Virus record (IMG/VR): IMGVR_UViG_3300041964_000099
Coordinates: 57,303 to 121,302 of that record
Source of the DNA: a virus
Direction: 5' to 3' (one strand)
Length of the DNA: 64,000 nucleotides
Below the pieces are notes generated by a model that had not been told where the DNA came from, did no database searches, and saw only the letters and a program-made list of their open reading frames with translations. Shown here piece by piece: positions 28,795-38,788 of the stretch (position 1 is its first letter; each line of letters starts with the position of its first letter). Both the position numbers and the translations under genes were made by a program.

Positions 28795-31770
28795 TTAATT
28801 GCCCTCCGCAGGCGGATTGTCCTTGTTCTTCCGCTGCTGCTCCTGATGCTTTTTGTATGCCGCTCTAAATGCTGCACTGGCCTGCTGTGCTTGACGTGGA
28901 ACCAGCGATCGCCGCTTGTCTGCCTTCAGTACCTTGATGTACTTCTCCATCAGTTCATCCTGCTCAGCGATGCTCAGCGAAACAAAATGCTCTGCATGAT
29001 TGCGCGGGTCGCGATCGTCAGCAGGATTTGGCTTGGGATACTTGAGAGGGCGACCCTGAGCTGAGCGGCCTTTTGTGGTTTGAGAAACAACCTTGCGGTT
29101 CAGTTCGTTGGCCTGGAAGCTGCGCTGAAGCTGATCTACAACATCACCCGATTTGAGGTAAGACTCGATCGAATGCGAATCGACATCGCCGCCAGGGGTC
29201 GTTTTGCCCTCGCTGCGCTGGAATGGCAATCGCGAGAAAGGATCGCGATCGCCCATCACGTTCACCTCATTGATTTGCTTGGAATACAGCCCAAATCCCG
29301 GTGTACCCAAGGTTGCAAGCTGCACTCGCTTAGCAATTTGCGGGCCATTCGGCTTCATCTGCATCAAAATCTCAACCGCATCTCGCGCTACGATGCCACC
29401 CGTGTCATAGGCCACGATGTTGATCGGCAGATGGGATGCTTTTGAGCCGGTGGGTGTGCCTTGCCGATGAACGCGATCGCCATAGGCGTACAGTTGTGCG
29501 GCCAGCCGTGTCGAATCGTTATTCTTGCCGCCAGTCAGCGCACTCTTGAGCGTGCTGCCAAACCCTTTGCCGAGATGGTGGCCGAGATATTCTGGCGAAT
29601 TCACGTCTTTAGTTTCGGCAGGCCCAGCCCGATCAACCACCTCAAATGGAACTGCATAGTTGCTCGTGGTCATCCAGCCGCGATCGCCTTTTGCTTCACG
29701 ATTGCTGGCAGCTTGCAGCCCTTGAGCCAGTTCTGCACTAGAAACACCTGTACCGCCCACAGTGAACAGCAAATTAGAACGGGTCACGTTAGGCACTGTT
29801 GCGGCAATCGCATCAGATTGCCGTATTGCTTCACGAGCAGCGATCGGAAGGTTGCGGGTTCGCTCATTACTCAAAACTTTGTAGGTCGCTTTGGTCACTC
29901 CCATTGCCAATGCGCCGCCTACAAGCGATGCTGACAGCGGATCGTCTTGGGCTAGCTCGCGAATCTTGCTGGCCTGACCCCAAAGCTGGCTGGCACTTTT
30001 CAGCCCTGCTGTTTTCAGCGCCATTCCGATCGCCCGATTGCGAGTTGTCCGCTGCTTGGCCTGACGCTCTGAGCCGCTGAGACTGGAGGTGTAATAGCCG
30101 AAAGCCGTTCGCAGCCGCTCGCGCACGCCACCATCTTTCAAATAATCATCAACTTCATGCCCCGGCACAGTCGAAACCCAGCTTGCAAGGCGTTTTGGCA
30201 GTGCAGAGAAAGGATCTTGTGAAGAAGTCAGCGTTTGGTTGCGCATCGTGCGCCACAGCCGATCGTTTGCAAAGCCAAAGTTTGCTGACCCCATTCGCAC
30301 CAGGTTGATGCGGTCGAGCATGTCTTTGCCCTTCACCCCTTTGCCGTCTTGCGACTTCATCCGCGACAAAATCTCGATCGCTTCGTCAGTAACATTGCCT
30401 CCCGCGCCGTGAGCCAGCAAGTTCAAGTTGGCCTCTTTGTAGCGACGGCCATGAGCGTAGAGCGATGCCGCCAAATCAACCGCAGCATCGTTGCGCCCAC
30501 GCTGCAAATTCTGCAAGTAGCGACCCATTCCCTGCCTTGCGACATGGCCCAGGTAAGCCGGATTGTATGAGCCATTTGCCAAGCGAGGACTGGCCGCCGT
30601 TGGCTCGATATCAAACTCCTTCGACTGCACCGGAATGACGTGCTGAGTCTTGGCAAACCAGCGCTCTTGCGGGCTACCGTCCTGTGGCGTCATCAAATCA
30701 CGAATCCGCTCACTTCGCGATCCGGTGCTGGCAAAACCGCCTACGGTAAATAGCAAATCTGGCTTGTTCGTGCGCTCGATCGGGTGTGACTCAGCCCGCT
30801 GCATCGCCATCTGCGCCGACTCGTTTAGCCCTTCCTTATATTTGGTTCGCATCTCCTGATAGCTGCGGGTGGAAATGCCTGCCAGCAGTGCAACCGTTAA
30901 AATGCTTGCCGTCTGAGGGCTAGTTTTGGTGAGTCGGCCAATCTTCTCAATCTGGCCCCAAATCGAACCAGGGTTGAGACTGCTGCCGCTGGCTTTGCCG
31001 CCTTTAAGTACCTGTGTTGCCGTGGATAAAGCCTTTTGAGCCGATCGCCGCTGTTCCCTCTGCTTCTCCAGCGTTTTGCGCAGCCGCTCCTGACTTTCAG
31101 GATCTCTGTCCAGCGTGCGCAACGTTTCTCGCAACGATTCAGCCTTGAAGTGATTGGCTAGATAAACGCCGCGATCGCGAGCTTCTTGCTGAAGCTGCCG
31201 AATGGTCTGCGTACTGTAGCGATCAGAGTTTCCTGACTGGCTGGCCGTATGCAGTTGAGCCGTCAGCTTTTCAATTTCAGCGTGTTCCGTCGCCGAGGAC
31301 ACTTTAGAGAGATTTAACTGGCAGTTATCAGTCGGCTCAATGCAGCCCATCCCGCATGGCAGACCGTTCTTGCACTGATTCGGCTTGCGGCGATCGCGGC
31401 CCCGATCGAGTCGTAGCCGCTCATGCAGCACCGAAGCCAAATACTCAGGACTGGCATCTAGCCGCACATTCAGCGAATCCAGTAGCGGTGCAAACTCATC
31501 TATGTTGTCGGCAATCCAGCTATCGCGCCGCGCCTGTTCGACAAATTTGTATTGCAGCTTGTCAGTTTCAAGGTTGGCCGTGAAATCCAGCAGCTTCGTG
31601 CCATCGCGAAATATGCCCTCAATCAGCGATGGCTTTGGTACATCCAAATCTAAGATTGCCACCTTCCTGCCGTAGACTCGCTCTAACATCGAATCAAGTA
31701 GCCGAGCAAGCTGACCCTTCAAAGCAGCTAGCTTAGAGGCCGCAGGAATTTTCAAGGCAGAGACAGACAT
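28795..31770 (-). CDS. Multidomain protein: small beta domain, RxD cluster, Cys motif, two alpha/beta-hydrolase-like domains with atypical nucleophile elbows
   Basis: Likely start ATG 31770 (MSVSALK); elbows AHGAG (30400-30414) and AYDTG (29398-29412), each followed by DPF and His motifs. Confidence 0.7.
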   Translation of the reverse strand: MSVSALKIPAASKLAALKGQLARLLDSMLERVYGRKVAILDLDVPKPSLIEGIFRDGTKLLDFTANLETDKLQYKFVEQARRDSWIADNIDEFAPLLDSLNVRLDASPEYLASVLHERLRLDRGRDRRKPNQCKNGLPCGMGCIEPTDNCQLNLSKVSSATEHAEIEKLTAQLHTASQSGNSDRYSTQTIRQLQQEARDRGVYLANHFKAESLRETLRTLDRDPESQERLRKTLEKQREQRRSAQKALSTATQVLKGGKASGSSLNPGSIWGQIEKIGRLTKTSPQTASILTVALLAGISTRSYQEMRTKYKEGLNESAQMAMQRAESHPIERTNKPDLLFTVGGFASTGSRSERIRDLMTPQDGSPQERWFAKTQHVIPVQSKEFDIEPTAASPRLANGSYNPAYLGHVARQGMGRYLQNLQRGRNDAAVDLAASLYAHGRRYKEANLNLLAHGAGGNVTDEAIEILSRMKSQDGKGVKGKDMLDRINLVRMGSANFGFANDRLWRTMRNQTLTSSQDPFSALPKRLASWVSTVPGHEVDDYLKDGGVRERLRTAFGYYTSSLSGSERQAKQRTTRNRAIGMALKTAGLKSASQLWGQASKIRELAQDDPLSASLVGGALAMGVTKATYKVLSNERTRNLPIAAREAIRQSDAIAATVPNVTRSNLLFTVGGTGVSSAELAQGLQAASNREAKGDRGWMTTSNYAVPFEVVDRAGPAETKDVNSPEYLGHHLGKGFGSTLKSALTGGKNNDSTRLAAQLYAYGDRVHRQGTPTGSKASHLPINIVAYDTGGIVARDAVEILMQMKPNGPQIAKRVQLATLGTPGFGLYSKQINEVNVMGDRDPFSRLPFQRSEGKTTPGGDVDSHSIESYLKSGDVVDQLQRSFQANELNRKVVSQTTKGRSAQGRPLKYPKPNPADDRDPRNHAEHFVSLSIAEQDELMEKYIKVLKADKRRSLVPRQAQQASAAFRAAYKKHQEQQRKNKDNPPAEGN

Positions 31771-31892
31771 AAAGATGAAGGGATCAAGTGCTGCGTTTAG
31801 CGTTCCCAATCCCGCTATGGCTCTCGCTGCGGTAAGTGTCAAGGCAGGCTGGGCACTCTGAAAACAACGTTTACCACTCTCTCCCTCCCCCA

Positions 31893-32519
31893 ATGGCTGC
31901 TCCCACCTCTGTTACGCTCACGATTGCGGGTCGCTCTTACGCTGGCTTAGTCAGTGATATGGATGCTCTATTCATGACCGGCTTGTTGCTGCCAAACCTA
32001 TTTGAAATTCAGGAGCAAGAAGCTGGCCTGCAAGCAGCTTTTCAAAGCTTCAAATCCGAACATGCTGCACTGCTTGAATCTGCCACCACTGACGATGAGC
32101 GCGATTCCCTGGTTAAAGACCTGTTTGAAACTTGGGGTGAGCGGCTGCTAATTCGCCTCACTTCTAACCTGGCAATTCGGGCAAGCTTTGCTCAGCGGAC
32201 TGAAGAAATCTTTCCAGACATCGATCCGACCCTAGTTGCTTACAAGCACTGGGTTGATCGCGACGGCAATCATCACGATCGCTCGCGAATTCGGCTATCG
32301 CTTGAAGACGCGATGGAAATTGTCAAAACAGTAATTGAAGCTGAAACTTCACAACTCAAAGCTTCCACGACTCCGGCCCGTGCTACCGATCGCCCTAAGC
32401 CTGAAGGTTTTGGTAAACCAGTCACTAAAAAGTCTGGTCAATCCGCTCAGATTGCTGCACTTGAGCGCCAAATCGCCGACTTGAGAGCAGCCGATTCCGA
32501 AACACTTGCTACTGTCTAA
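31893..32519 (+). CDS. Hypothetical protein
   Basis: ATG 31893 within track ORF 31836..32519; divergent from 28795..31770. Confidence 0.6.
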   Translation: MAAPTSVTLTIAGRSYAGLVSDMDALFMTGLLLPNLFEIQEQEAGLQAAFQSFKSEHAALLESATTDDERDSLVKDLFETWGERLLIRLTSNLAIRASFAQRTEEIFPDIDPTLVAYKHWVDRDGNHHDRSRIRLSLEDAMEIVKTVIEAETSQLKASTTPARATDRPKPEGFGKPVTKKSGQSAQIAALERQIADLRAADSETLATV

Positions 32520-32548
32520 TTCCACCTCTACCTGAACGTCCTGCCACC

Positions 32549-33545
32549 ATGTTTTTATCTCTTCGCGATCACGCCGAACTTGCCAGACTTCGGCTGAGAA
32601 AATTAAAGCACTTCTATCCAGAGCTGTCCTGTTTCACTGTGGCACTTTGCGGCGAAGAGTTTAGACTGGTGGCTCATACCTTTGAGCAAGTTGAATGGTT
32701 TGACAGCGTTCGCTCAGAATTTCTTAAGGATGCCTGGATTAAGGGCGGCATCAAAGTCATCAGTCTTTATTGCAGAACCGTGCTTGTAGATCTCATTTCA
32801 GTATTTTCACCCGTAGAATTGAAAGATAGTTCTTTGAGTGATGAAGCAATGACTACGGCAGAAGCAGCAACGATTCAAACTGACATCCAAACTGGTTTGG
32901 GAAATTCAGACGTTTCTCAGCCAGTCACGCTCGTGCCACTTGCAACGCTGGCAGAACGGGCAAACATCTCCATCGATCAGCTTCTCCCGATGGTGGGCAA
33001 CCAGATCTTTGCCGGCTGGCGACCAATCCTACATCACCAGTGATGCCGCTAAAACGCTGGCTCAATCGATCGCCGAGCAAGATGTTGCTCGGTATCAGGA
33101 AGAAAGAATTAGCTACCTGCTGGGTGCAATTGAACCTGCGTCAATGTCTCAGACTGCTGCTGCAACTGAAACTGGAAATGGCAATGGTGCTGTAGCAACA
33201 GAAAAAGCTTCGCGAAAAGCACGCGGCCCACAGGCGCGGCGCTTCAAAAGTGAAGCCTTTTCCGTTGCCAGAAAAGGTGACGGTGCTATCAAGCCAACCG
33301 AAACCTTGAACAATTTGCTGACGGCTCTGAACGTTACTGATGAAACCAGCCGCGTCAGCATTTTGCAAGATATTGCCGCTCAGAACGAACACGGCAAAAA
33401 GTACGTCAGGGATCTCCGAGCAGGCTTAACCGCTGCCGGTATTACTGAGGACGAAGAACTAAACACGCTCTCGCAGCGCATTATTAGAACGGCTGGGGTT
33501 CAGTACCGCAGATTGCTCAGCGATCAAGGCGAACCTGCCGAGTAA
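32549..33545 (+). CDS. Hypothetical protein apparently split by a +1 frameshift near 33010-33020
   Basis: Track ORFs 32549..33043 and 32940..33545 overlap; protein-like sequence switches frame at GNQIF|AGDQSYITSD. Confidence 0.5.
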
Positions 33546-33560
33546 CAAGTAGCTTTCAAC

Positions 33561-33595
33561 AAAAAGCCGATCGCTTTAAGGGCGATCGGCTTTTT
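33561..33595. terminator. Bidirectional intrinsic terminator between convergent genes
   Basis: AAAAAGCCGATCGC / GCGATCGGCTTTTT perfect 14-bp arms, 7-nt loop. Confidence 0.85.
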
Positions 33596-33649
33596 AATTG
33601 GGTGTGTGCGACCTATTGGCAGCGATGTTTTATTCTGCCTCAGTTGGCC

Positions 33650-34081
33650 TTAAAACACCAGTGTCAAATTGCTATTTGGCAAAGCCCGAACGGGTAGCCG
33701 GAACTCGATCGCCCAAATGTTGAGACGATCGATTTGCTCGCTGTTAAATCGGCTGCTCAAGCCCAATATCGTTTGATTCCAATAGTTCAGAAGCCGGACA
33801 GCATCGATACTGTCCGTCGATCTCTTACCAAACTCAACAGCAAGCCAGGTCAAAACAGGCGATCGACTTGACATCATTAGCATTGCGATGTCGCTGATTT
33901 CAAAGCGTGTAAAAAAACCGTTCCAGTCGGGCGGAGTGAACGCTACAGGATTTAGAAACGCTTGTACCTGTGGATCGTCTTCTGTGGCGACTTCCCAAAG
34001 CTCCGTCTCTGCGGTCGGAGGTGCTTCGGAAGCATAGCCTGTAATCTTGCCGCTCGCATCTCTGCGCACATATGGCTTCAT
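33650..34081 (-). CDS. Fibre assembly chaperone-like protein
   Basis: MKPYVRRDASGKITG...EDDPQVQAFLNP, after a fibre gene, ATGA overlap. Confidence 0.5.
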   Translation of the reverse strand: MKPYVRRDASGKITGYASEAPPTAETELWEVATEDDPQVQAFLNPVAFTPPDWNGFFTRFEISDIAMLMMSSRSPVLTWLAVEFGKRSTDSIDAVRLLNYWNQTILGLSSRFNSEQIDRLNIWAIEFRLPVRALPNSNLTLVF

Positions 34082-34845
34082 CCCCACTCCCCTCTACCGT
34101 GAATGTATCCCTGACAGTAGACAGCCGTTGTAGCGTTGGCTGATGAAACAAAGAAGCGTACCTGCCGATTGACATCGGTCAGAACTTCGATCGGTGTCCG
34201 CACCAGTTGGTTCGCATTGCTTCGACCTTTGGCAACGGCAGCGGCAGCTTCGGGAGATCCTGTGTACACATCGATCGCTGCCGTAGCGTGAACGTGATCC
34301 ATGATGAAAATTGCCCGCACCCGAATACTGTTAGGCACGGTGAGGGTGATTAAATTTGCGGTGTCAATGGATGCGTTGCTGGTGTTGTAGTTTAGATGTG
34401 AAGTGGAGAAGTTAAACTCGTTCCCATGCTGAATAAACGGCCAGAACTCCGAAGAACTGTTGGTAATCAGTGACCCGATAATTCTCGCGCTCCATCCGCT
34501 CGGAGCATTTGATCCGGCAGGGTTCGCATCAAACCCAAAATCAACCGCTCCGGTCGTCAGATTGCAAATGATAAAAGCGTGGTAGGTGCTTGAGGAGTTT
34601 CGCGTATTGTTTGCAAACAGGCCACCATTTCCATCGCCCGCAGCCCAAGCCAAATCGAGCCGCTTCATCATGGTCGAAGTGTTGACCGCAATAACTCTGC
34701 CAGTCGGAGTGATAACAACAGCTCGCCCTGCTGTGAAACTGATTCCGACTGTCGGAACGGCAGGGCTGCGGATCAGTCTCAATCCTTCCGGCGAGCCGAT
34801 CGGAATTGATAGTAAACTGCGGTTGATTGCATTCTGAACTGGCAT
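34078..34845 (-). CDS. Fibre / structural protein
   Basis: KRLDLAWAAGDGNGG...TYHAFII...RIIGSLITNSS, typical of tail-fibre modules. Confidence 0.6.
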   Translation of the reverse strand: MPVQNAINRSLLSIPIGSPEGLRLIRSPAVPTVGISFTAGRAVVITPTGRVIAVNTSTMMKRLDLAWAAGDGNGGLFANNTRNSSSTYHAFIICNLTTGAVDFGFDANPAGSNAPSGWSARIIGSLITNSSSEFWPFIQHGNEFNFSTSHLNYNTSNASIDTANLITLTVPNSIRVRAIFIMDHVHATAAIDVYTGSPEAAAAVAKGRSNANQLVRTPIEVLTDVNRQVRFFVSSANATTAVYCQGYIHGRGEWG

Positions 34846-34855
34846 TTTACGTCGA

Positions 34856-35971
34856 TTACACTACGTCGATATTTCCGATCGCGCTAACCACTTGCCACGT
34901 GGTATTAGCGACAATGCAAATCAGCTCAACGCAGTCGCGGAAGTGCGTCGAGTCCAGTCTACCCCCCGTGCCTACGGTCGAAACAGTGTCACCAAAAAAC
35001 ACCTGCTGACCAGCATTCTGCGCAATCCGCCAGCCGCCTGCGCCCTGACCTGTAACGCGAATTATTGTATCGACTGCCGCAGTCGAGGGTAGCGTCAGCG
35101 TCACTAGAGCTGCGTTATTGGCGCGATAGCCAGTGTTCACAGCGATCGCCTGAGTTGTGCCCGTTACTGCGATAAATGACAGTGCGATGAAAGGCAGCGG
35201 TTGCCAGCTTTGATCGCCGCGCAAAAAGCTGCCGCTGTTGGCTGTGCCGCTGCCTAATCGAGCCGTGGCGATCGTGCCAGAGACGATATCAGAAGCGGTG
35301 ATCGTCGTGTCGCCGATCGAAACCCAGTTTGAATCAGTTGAGGCAGGCAGCGCTGACAAGATGAAGGACAGTCCCACATCGGTTTGCTTGGCGACATCCC
35401 CCACCTGCACGTTATTCAGCGCAAGCCGCGCCGCTTGATCCGCGACAACTTGAATAGAGGTGATCGCGATCGATGGGATGACCGCAACGGCAAGCTGACC
35501 GTTACTGTCCAGCACGGGCACGTTTCCGGCTGCCGTACCCGTGTTCACCGTTGCTGCTGTGCCTAATCCCAGCAGCGATCGCCCTGTCGTGGCGTCCAGC
35601 TCCTCAATTACTCCGGCTCCAGCACTGTTGCGTCCAAGCAATCGCCCAGTTGCCGAAACGTTCTGAATTTTGGCGTAGGTGACGGCATTCAGGGCGATCG
35701 TCGGATTCGGGTAGCTGCCCGTCAAGTCGCCGCCTGCGTTGCCAGTCGGCGGCACGCCCGTTACCCAGGCAGGCAAGCCGCCAGTAATCCCTAAAATGCT
35801 GCCAGCCGCACCGATTGCCAGCCGTGTTAGAAATCCATTGCTATCGCGGTAGTAGATATCGCCGGTGGCATCACTGCCGATTATCGTTTCGATCTGGCCG
35901 CGTAACTGGTTGTTGTAAGAATTAGCAATTACCACAGGTCTAAGTGTCCCAAAATAATAGTGGCCTGCCAA
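34856..35971 (-). CDS. Fibre/whisker-like protein with C-terminal beta-sandwich repeat
   Basis: AGGDLTGSYPNPTI and LGLGTAAT fibre motifs; C-terminal TLTLPSTAAV...GQGAGGWRIAQN domain; true start may be GTG 35935. Confidence 0.65.
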   Translation of the reverse strand: MAGHYYFGTLRPVVIANSYNNQLRGQIETIIGSDATGDIYYRDSNGFLTRLAIGAAGSILGITGGLPAWVTGVPPTGNAGGDLTGSYPNPTIALNAVTYAKIQNVSATGRLLGRNSAGAGVIEELDATTGRSLLGLGTAATVNTGTAAGNVPVLDSNGQLAVAVIPSIAITSIQVVADQAARLALNNVQVGDVAKQTDVGLSFILSALPASTDSNWVSIGDTTITASDIVSGTIATARLGSGTANSGSFLRGDQSWQPLPFIALSFIAVTGTTQAIAVNTGYRANNAALVTLTLPSTAAVDTIIRVTGQGAGGWRIAQNAGQQVFFGDTVSTVGTGGRLDSTHFRDCVELICIVANTTWQVVSAIGNIDVV

Positions 35972-36345
35972 AGCAATGCGCTCAGCGCCACAATTTCAAC
36001 TTGTGCGCTCGGATCGATCGACTCTGCTCTGCCGGTGATGCCGATTGTTGTCGTCACACTTCCTGCTCGAAGCTGTTGATTCGGATTTTGAGTGATTCGC
36101 CAGTTGCCTACGCCCTGGCCGACTAGAAGAATGCGATCGCCAATTTGAGCAGTAATTGGCAAATTGAGCAGCAACAATGTTGGTGAATTTAGAACGTAGG
36201 CATGGTTGACTTGCATTTGATGAGATGCGTTCAGCGACTGCCAGTTAAGGTTGCTGCTGCTCGGTACTATCAACTGCTCGACTGGGATCAAGTGTTGCCG
36301 CCCGTCGATGCGTACAACAAATCTTCTATCAGGGCTGTTAGTCAT
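35929..36345 (-). CDS. Paralog of the C-terminal domain of 34856..35971
   Basis: LNLPITAQIGDRILLVGQGVGNWRITQNPNQQ aligns with LTLPSTAAVDTIIRVTGQGAGGWRIAQNAGQQ. Confidence 0.65.
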   Translation of the reverse strand: MTNSPDRRFVVRIDGRQHLIPVEQLIVPSSSNLNWQSLNASHQMQVNHAYVLNSPTLLLLNLPITAQIGDRILLVGQGVGNWRITQNPNQQLRAGSVTTTIGITGRAESIDPSAQVEIVALSALLWQATIILGHLDLW

Positions 36346-37210
36346 AAATAGACACCTCCTGAAGGCTAAAATCCAATAGTTGCGGCGTAATCACCTGAGC
36401 AACTTCTTGTAGGAAACCTGTCAGTGGTGGCGTCTGAGTCAAGACCCCATTCACCCCTAGAAAAACTGGCTGATTTGGCAACCAGTTCCACTCAGGCAAC
36501 GTAATTGGCCCGTGAGTATGAACTTGATTGGTGGTTTGCCCTTGAATCACTGAGGCTGTAAGCAGGCCCAGTACCGAATAGGCATGGTTGAGATTGCTGC
36601 TATCGGCATAAACAAGCTGATAGTCCTCAACAGCAACCATTCGGCCAGCTTCGATCGTCTGAGCCGCGCGAATCGGTTCAGAAATTGTGCCTGTCATTTC
36701 TGAAGGGATTGGCCCAGAAACAACATCGACCGATCGCATCAGTGTTGACCGGACAATCAACTCTGCGGCCTCTGCCAGAAAAACTGAAGCAAAAGCAAAA
36801 TCGTAGACAAGCAGCCAGTCGTTATTTTCAACTTCTGCAATGGTGATCTTGCCTGTTGCTTTAATCTCGCGAATGTCTTCATCTAGGCATTCTGGATTAG
36901 CCTGCAAATGCTGCAACATGCGCAGCATTAAGGTCTCAGCTTGGGCTTTAGGCAAATCAGTGTAGCTCTTGCTGCGATCAAAGCGGTACATCACTTTATA
37001 AGCAAGCCGCATCTGCACCCAAGAAATATCACCAACTCCATCGGCCAATTCAACGATCGCAATATTGTCCGTCACCGGATCTTCACGAGCAATGGAAGGA
37101 GGCTGATTGACATCTTCCACATTGGCCGGAAAATTAAGGCCCCAGTCATTAATTCGCAAATTTTTGGCGAGATATGCCTTATAACGAATGCGAAGTGTTT
37201 CAGGGGTCAT
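36338..37210 (-). CDS. Neck / tail-terminator-like protein with an extra C-terminal domain
   Basis: Position after head-tail genes; C-terminal WNWLPNQPVFLGVNGVLTQTPP domain. Confidence 0.5.
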   Translation of the reverse strand: MTPETLRIRYKAYLAKNLRINDWGLNFPANVEDVNQPPSIAREDPVTDNIAIVELADGVGDISWVQMRLAYKVMYRFDRSKSYTDLPKAQAETLMLRMLQHLQANPECLDEDIREIKATGKITIAEVENNDWLLVYDFAFASVFLAEAAELIVRSTLMRSVDVVSGPIPSEMTGTISEPIRAAQTIEAGRMVAVEDYQLVYADSSNLNHAYSVLGLLTASVIQGQTTNQVHTHGPITLPEWNWLPNQPVFLGVNGVLTQTPPLTGFLQEVAQVITPQLLDFSLQEVSIYD

Positions 37211-37216
37211 GGTTTC

Positions 37217-37651
37217 CTATTGATTGCGATGGTCGCCCTTACGTCGCAAAATTAATGTCCAAGTCAGCGTTTCTTCTGTGATGCTGATGAAATCGCACTC
37301 GATACCACTGATAACAACGCTGCGATCGGCGTTGAGAACGCCATCAACAAAGTAAGTAATTCCGGTATCCACAAGCTGATCGCGAGTTAAAAACCGGGAA
37401 ATACCTCGAAGCTGAAAGTCGTCTACTTCCAACACGATGTTGGAATTTTGAAACGCTGCGCTTAAACGAGGTGAAACCGTTTCAATTTGCGCGGCCACAG
37501 TCGTGAATTGCGTCACAAAAACCGAGCTGCCGATCGGCCTAACTCGGTGCTGCAAAATCAAATTGCGAGCGGTGTGAACTCCAAAATCTTGACTGAGCGG
37601 CGGCATACTATCTCGCAATGCCACCATTTGCCGTAGAAAATCTGAATTCAT
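37217..37651 (-). CDS. Head closure / adaptor-like protein
   Basis: Position and size (144 aa, beta-rich). Confidence 0.45.
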   Translation of the reverse strand: MNSDFLRQMVALRDSMPPLSQDFGVHTARNLILQHRVRPIGSSVFVTQFTTVAAQIETVSPRLSAAFQNSNIVLEVDDFQLRGISRFLTRDQLVDTGITYFVDGVLNADRSVVISGIECDFISITEETLTWTLILRRKGDHRNQ

Positions 37652-37983
37652 AAAGTGAATCCTGTCGTAGTCGGCAAGGAATCCCTCAGCGCTCTATATT
37701 CCTGGCCGTAAATGGTGCGATCGAAATAGTCTACCTGCGAAAGTGAAGAAGCAACCTGCCCTTTGGCGATCGCCGTGGCTCGACTGACGGTTTCAGTGGT
37801 CTGCTGCCACTCACACTCTAGGAGGTGAGCCGCATACAAAATTACGCCTTCTTCCTGTTCGTCTTCCCAGACCGTTAGCGGGCACTGCCGCTCGCCGCGA
37901 TCGAGAGCGCGACGAACGGCAGCGGGTGCAACCGTGGCAAAGCGAGGATATAGCTCTAAAAATTGCTCCTCACTAATCAGCAT
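37648..37983 (-). CDS. Head-tail connector (DUF4054-like)
   Basis: FLELYPRF...LYAAHLL...TIYGQEY signature. Confidence 0.75.
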   Translation of the reverse strand: MLISEEQFLELYPRFATVAPAAVRRALDRGERQCPLTVWEDEQEEGVILYAAHLLECEWQQTTETVSRATAIAKGQVASSLSQVDYFDRTIYGQEYRALRDSLPTTTGFTL

Positions 37984-38206
37984 TTTCCGCGCGAGCCGCC
38001 GTCCCTAACTTTTTGAGCATAGGCCGCAGCTTATCAGCCACGCGATCAGCGATGCGCTCAACGTCTTCATCAGACAATTTGAATTCGGGAGCTTCGCCGA
38101 CAACCAATTCAGCCGAGTTTGGCATCAAGCGTTCAACAATTTTATCGACCATTTCTTGCTGTGCATCGTTGGACTCAGCAGCAAGTTCGTTGGCATTTCT
38201 AAGCAT
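37973..38206 (-). CDS. Small hypothetical protein
   Basis: In the neck gene cluster. Confidence 0.5.
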   Translation of the reverse strand: MLRNANELAAESNDAQQEMVDKIVERLMPNSAELVVGEAPEFKLSDEDVERIADRVADKLRPMLKKLGTAARAENAD

Positions 38207-38208
38207 GA

Positions 38209-38715
38209 TTATTGGTCTCCAGATTGACGGCTCAGCAAAGCTTCGATTTCAGATTTACGAAGCTTACAGGCTTGAGAAATGCCGTCGCGATCGTCTTTGG
38301 TAATGCAAAGATCGAGCCAATCTGGATCGCTTGCCTGGTCAATGATGTCCAGCGCTTCGCTCATTTCATAGTCTGCGCTAGTGCCAGTAATCCGCCCACC
38401 TTCAGCAATTTGCGGCAGAATAATTCTGACGATGCCTCGCTTTTCAGCCGATGCAAAATAAGGCGACTTCTGCATCTCCAGATAAGCTTCTGTGCTGACA
38501 ATGTTTGCACCAGGAGCAAGAAACGGCACGATCGGATTCATTTCTACGCCTGGTTCAGCGACTTTGCCTTTCGCGCTTGCAGGCGACTCAACCGTAACCG
38601 GGGTAGCAAACCGCATCGGGCCATTGCGCTTGGCAAGCGAGGGATTCAGGATGATCGTGACGTGAGTGTAGGCCGGGGTCGCGGGAGCAGTAGCGGGAGC
38701 AGTAGCGTTACTCAT
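38209..38715 (-). CDS. Hypothetical protein following the major capsid gene
   Basis: Position; 168 aa. Confidence 0.6.
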   Translation of the reverse strand: MSNATAPATAPATPAYTHVTIILNPSLAKRNGPMRFATPVTVESPASAKGKVAEPGVEMNPIVPFLAPGANIVSTEAYLEMQKSPYFASAEKRGIVRIILPQIAEGGRITGTSADYEMSEALDIIDQASDPDWLDLCITKDDRDGISQACKLRKSEIEALLSRQSGDQ

Positions 38716-38788
38716 AAGAAGTGAAAAAGGGGGTGACAGTGGGGAAGAAAACTAGAATCGGGCGCGTAGCACGCCCGATCTATGCAAG

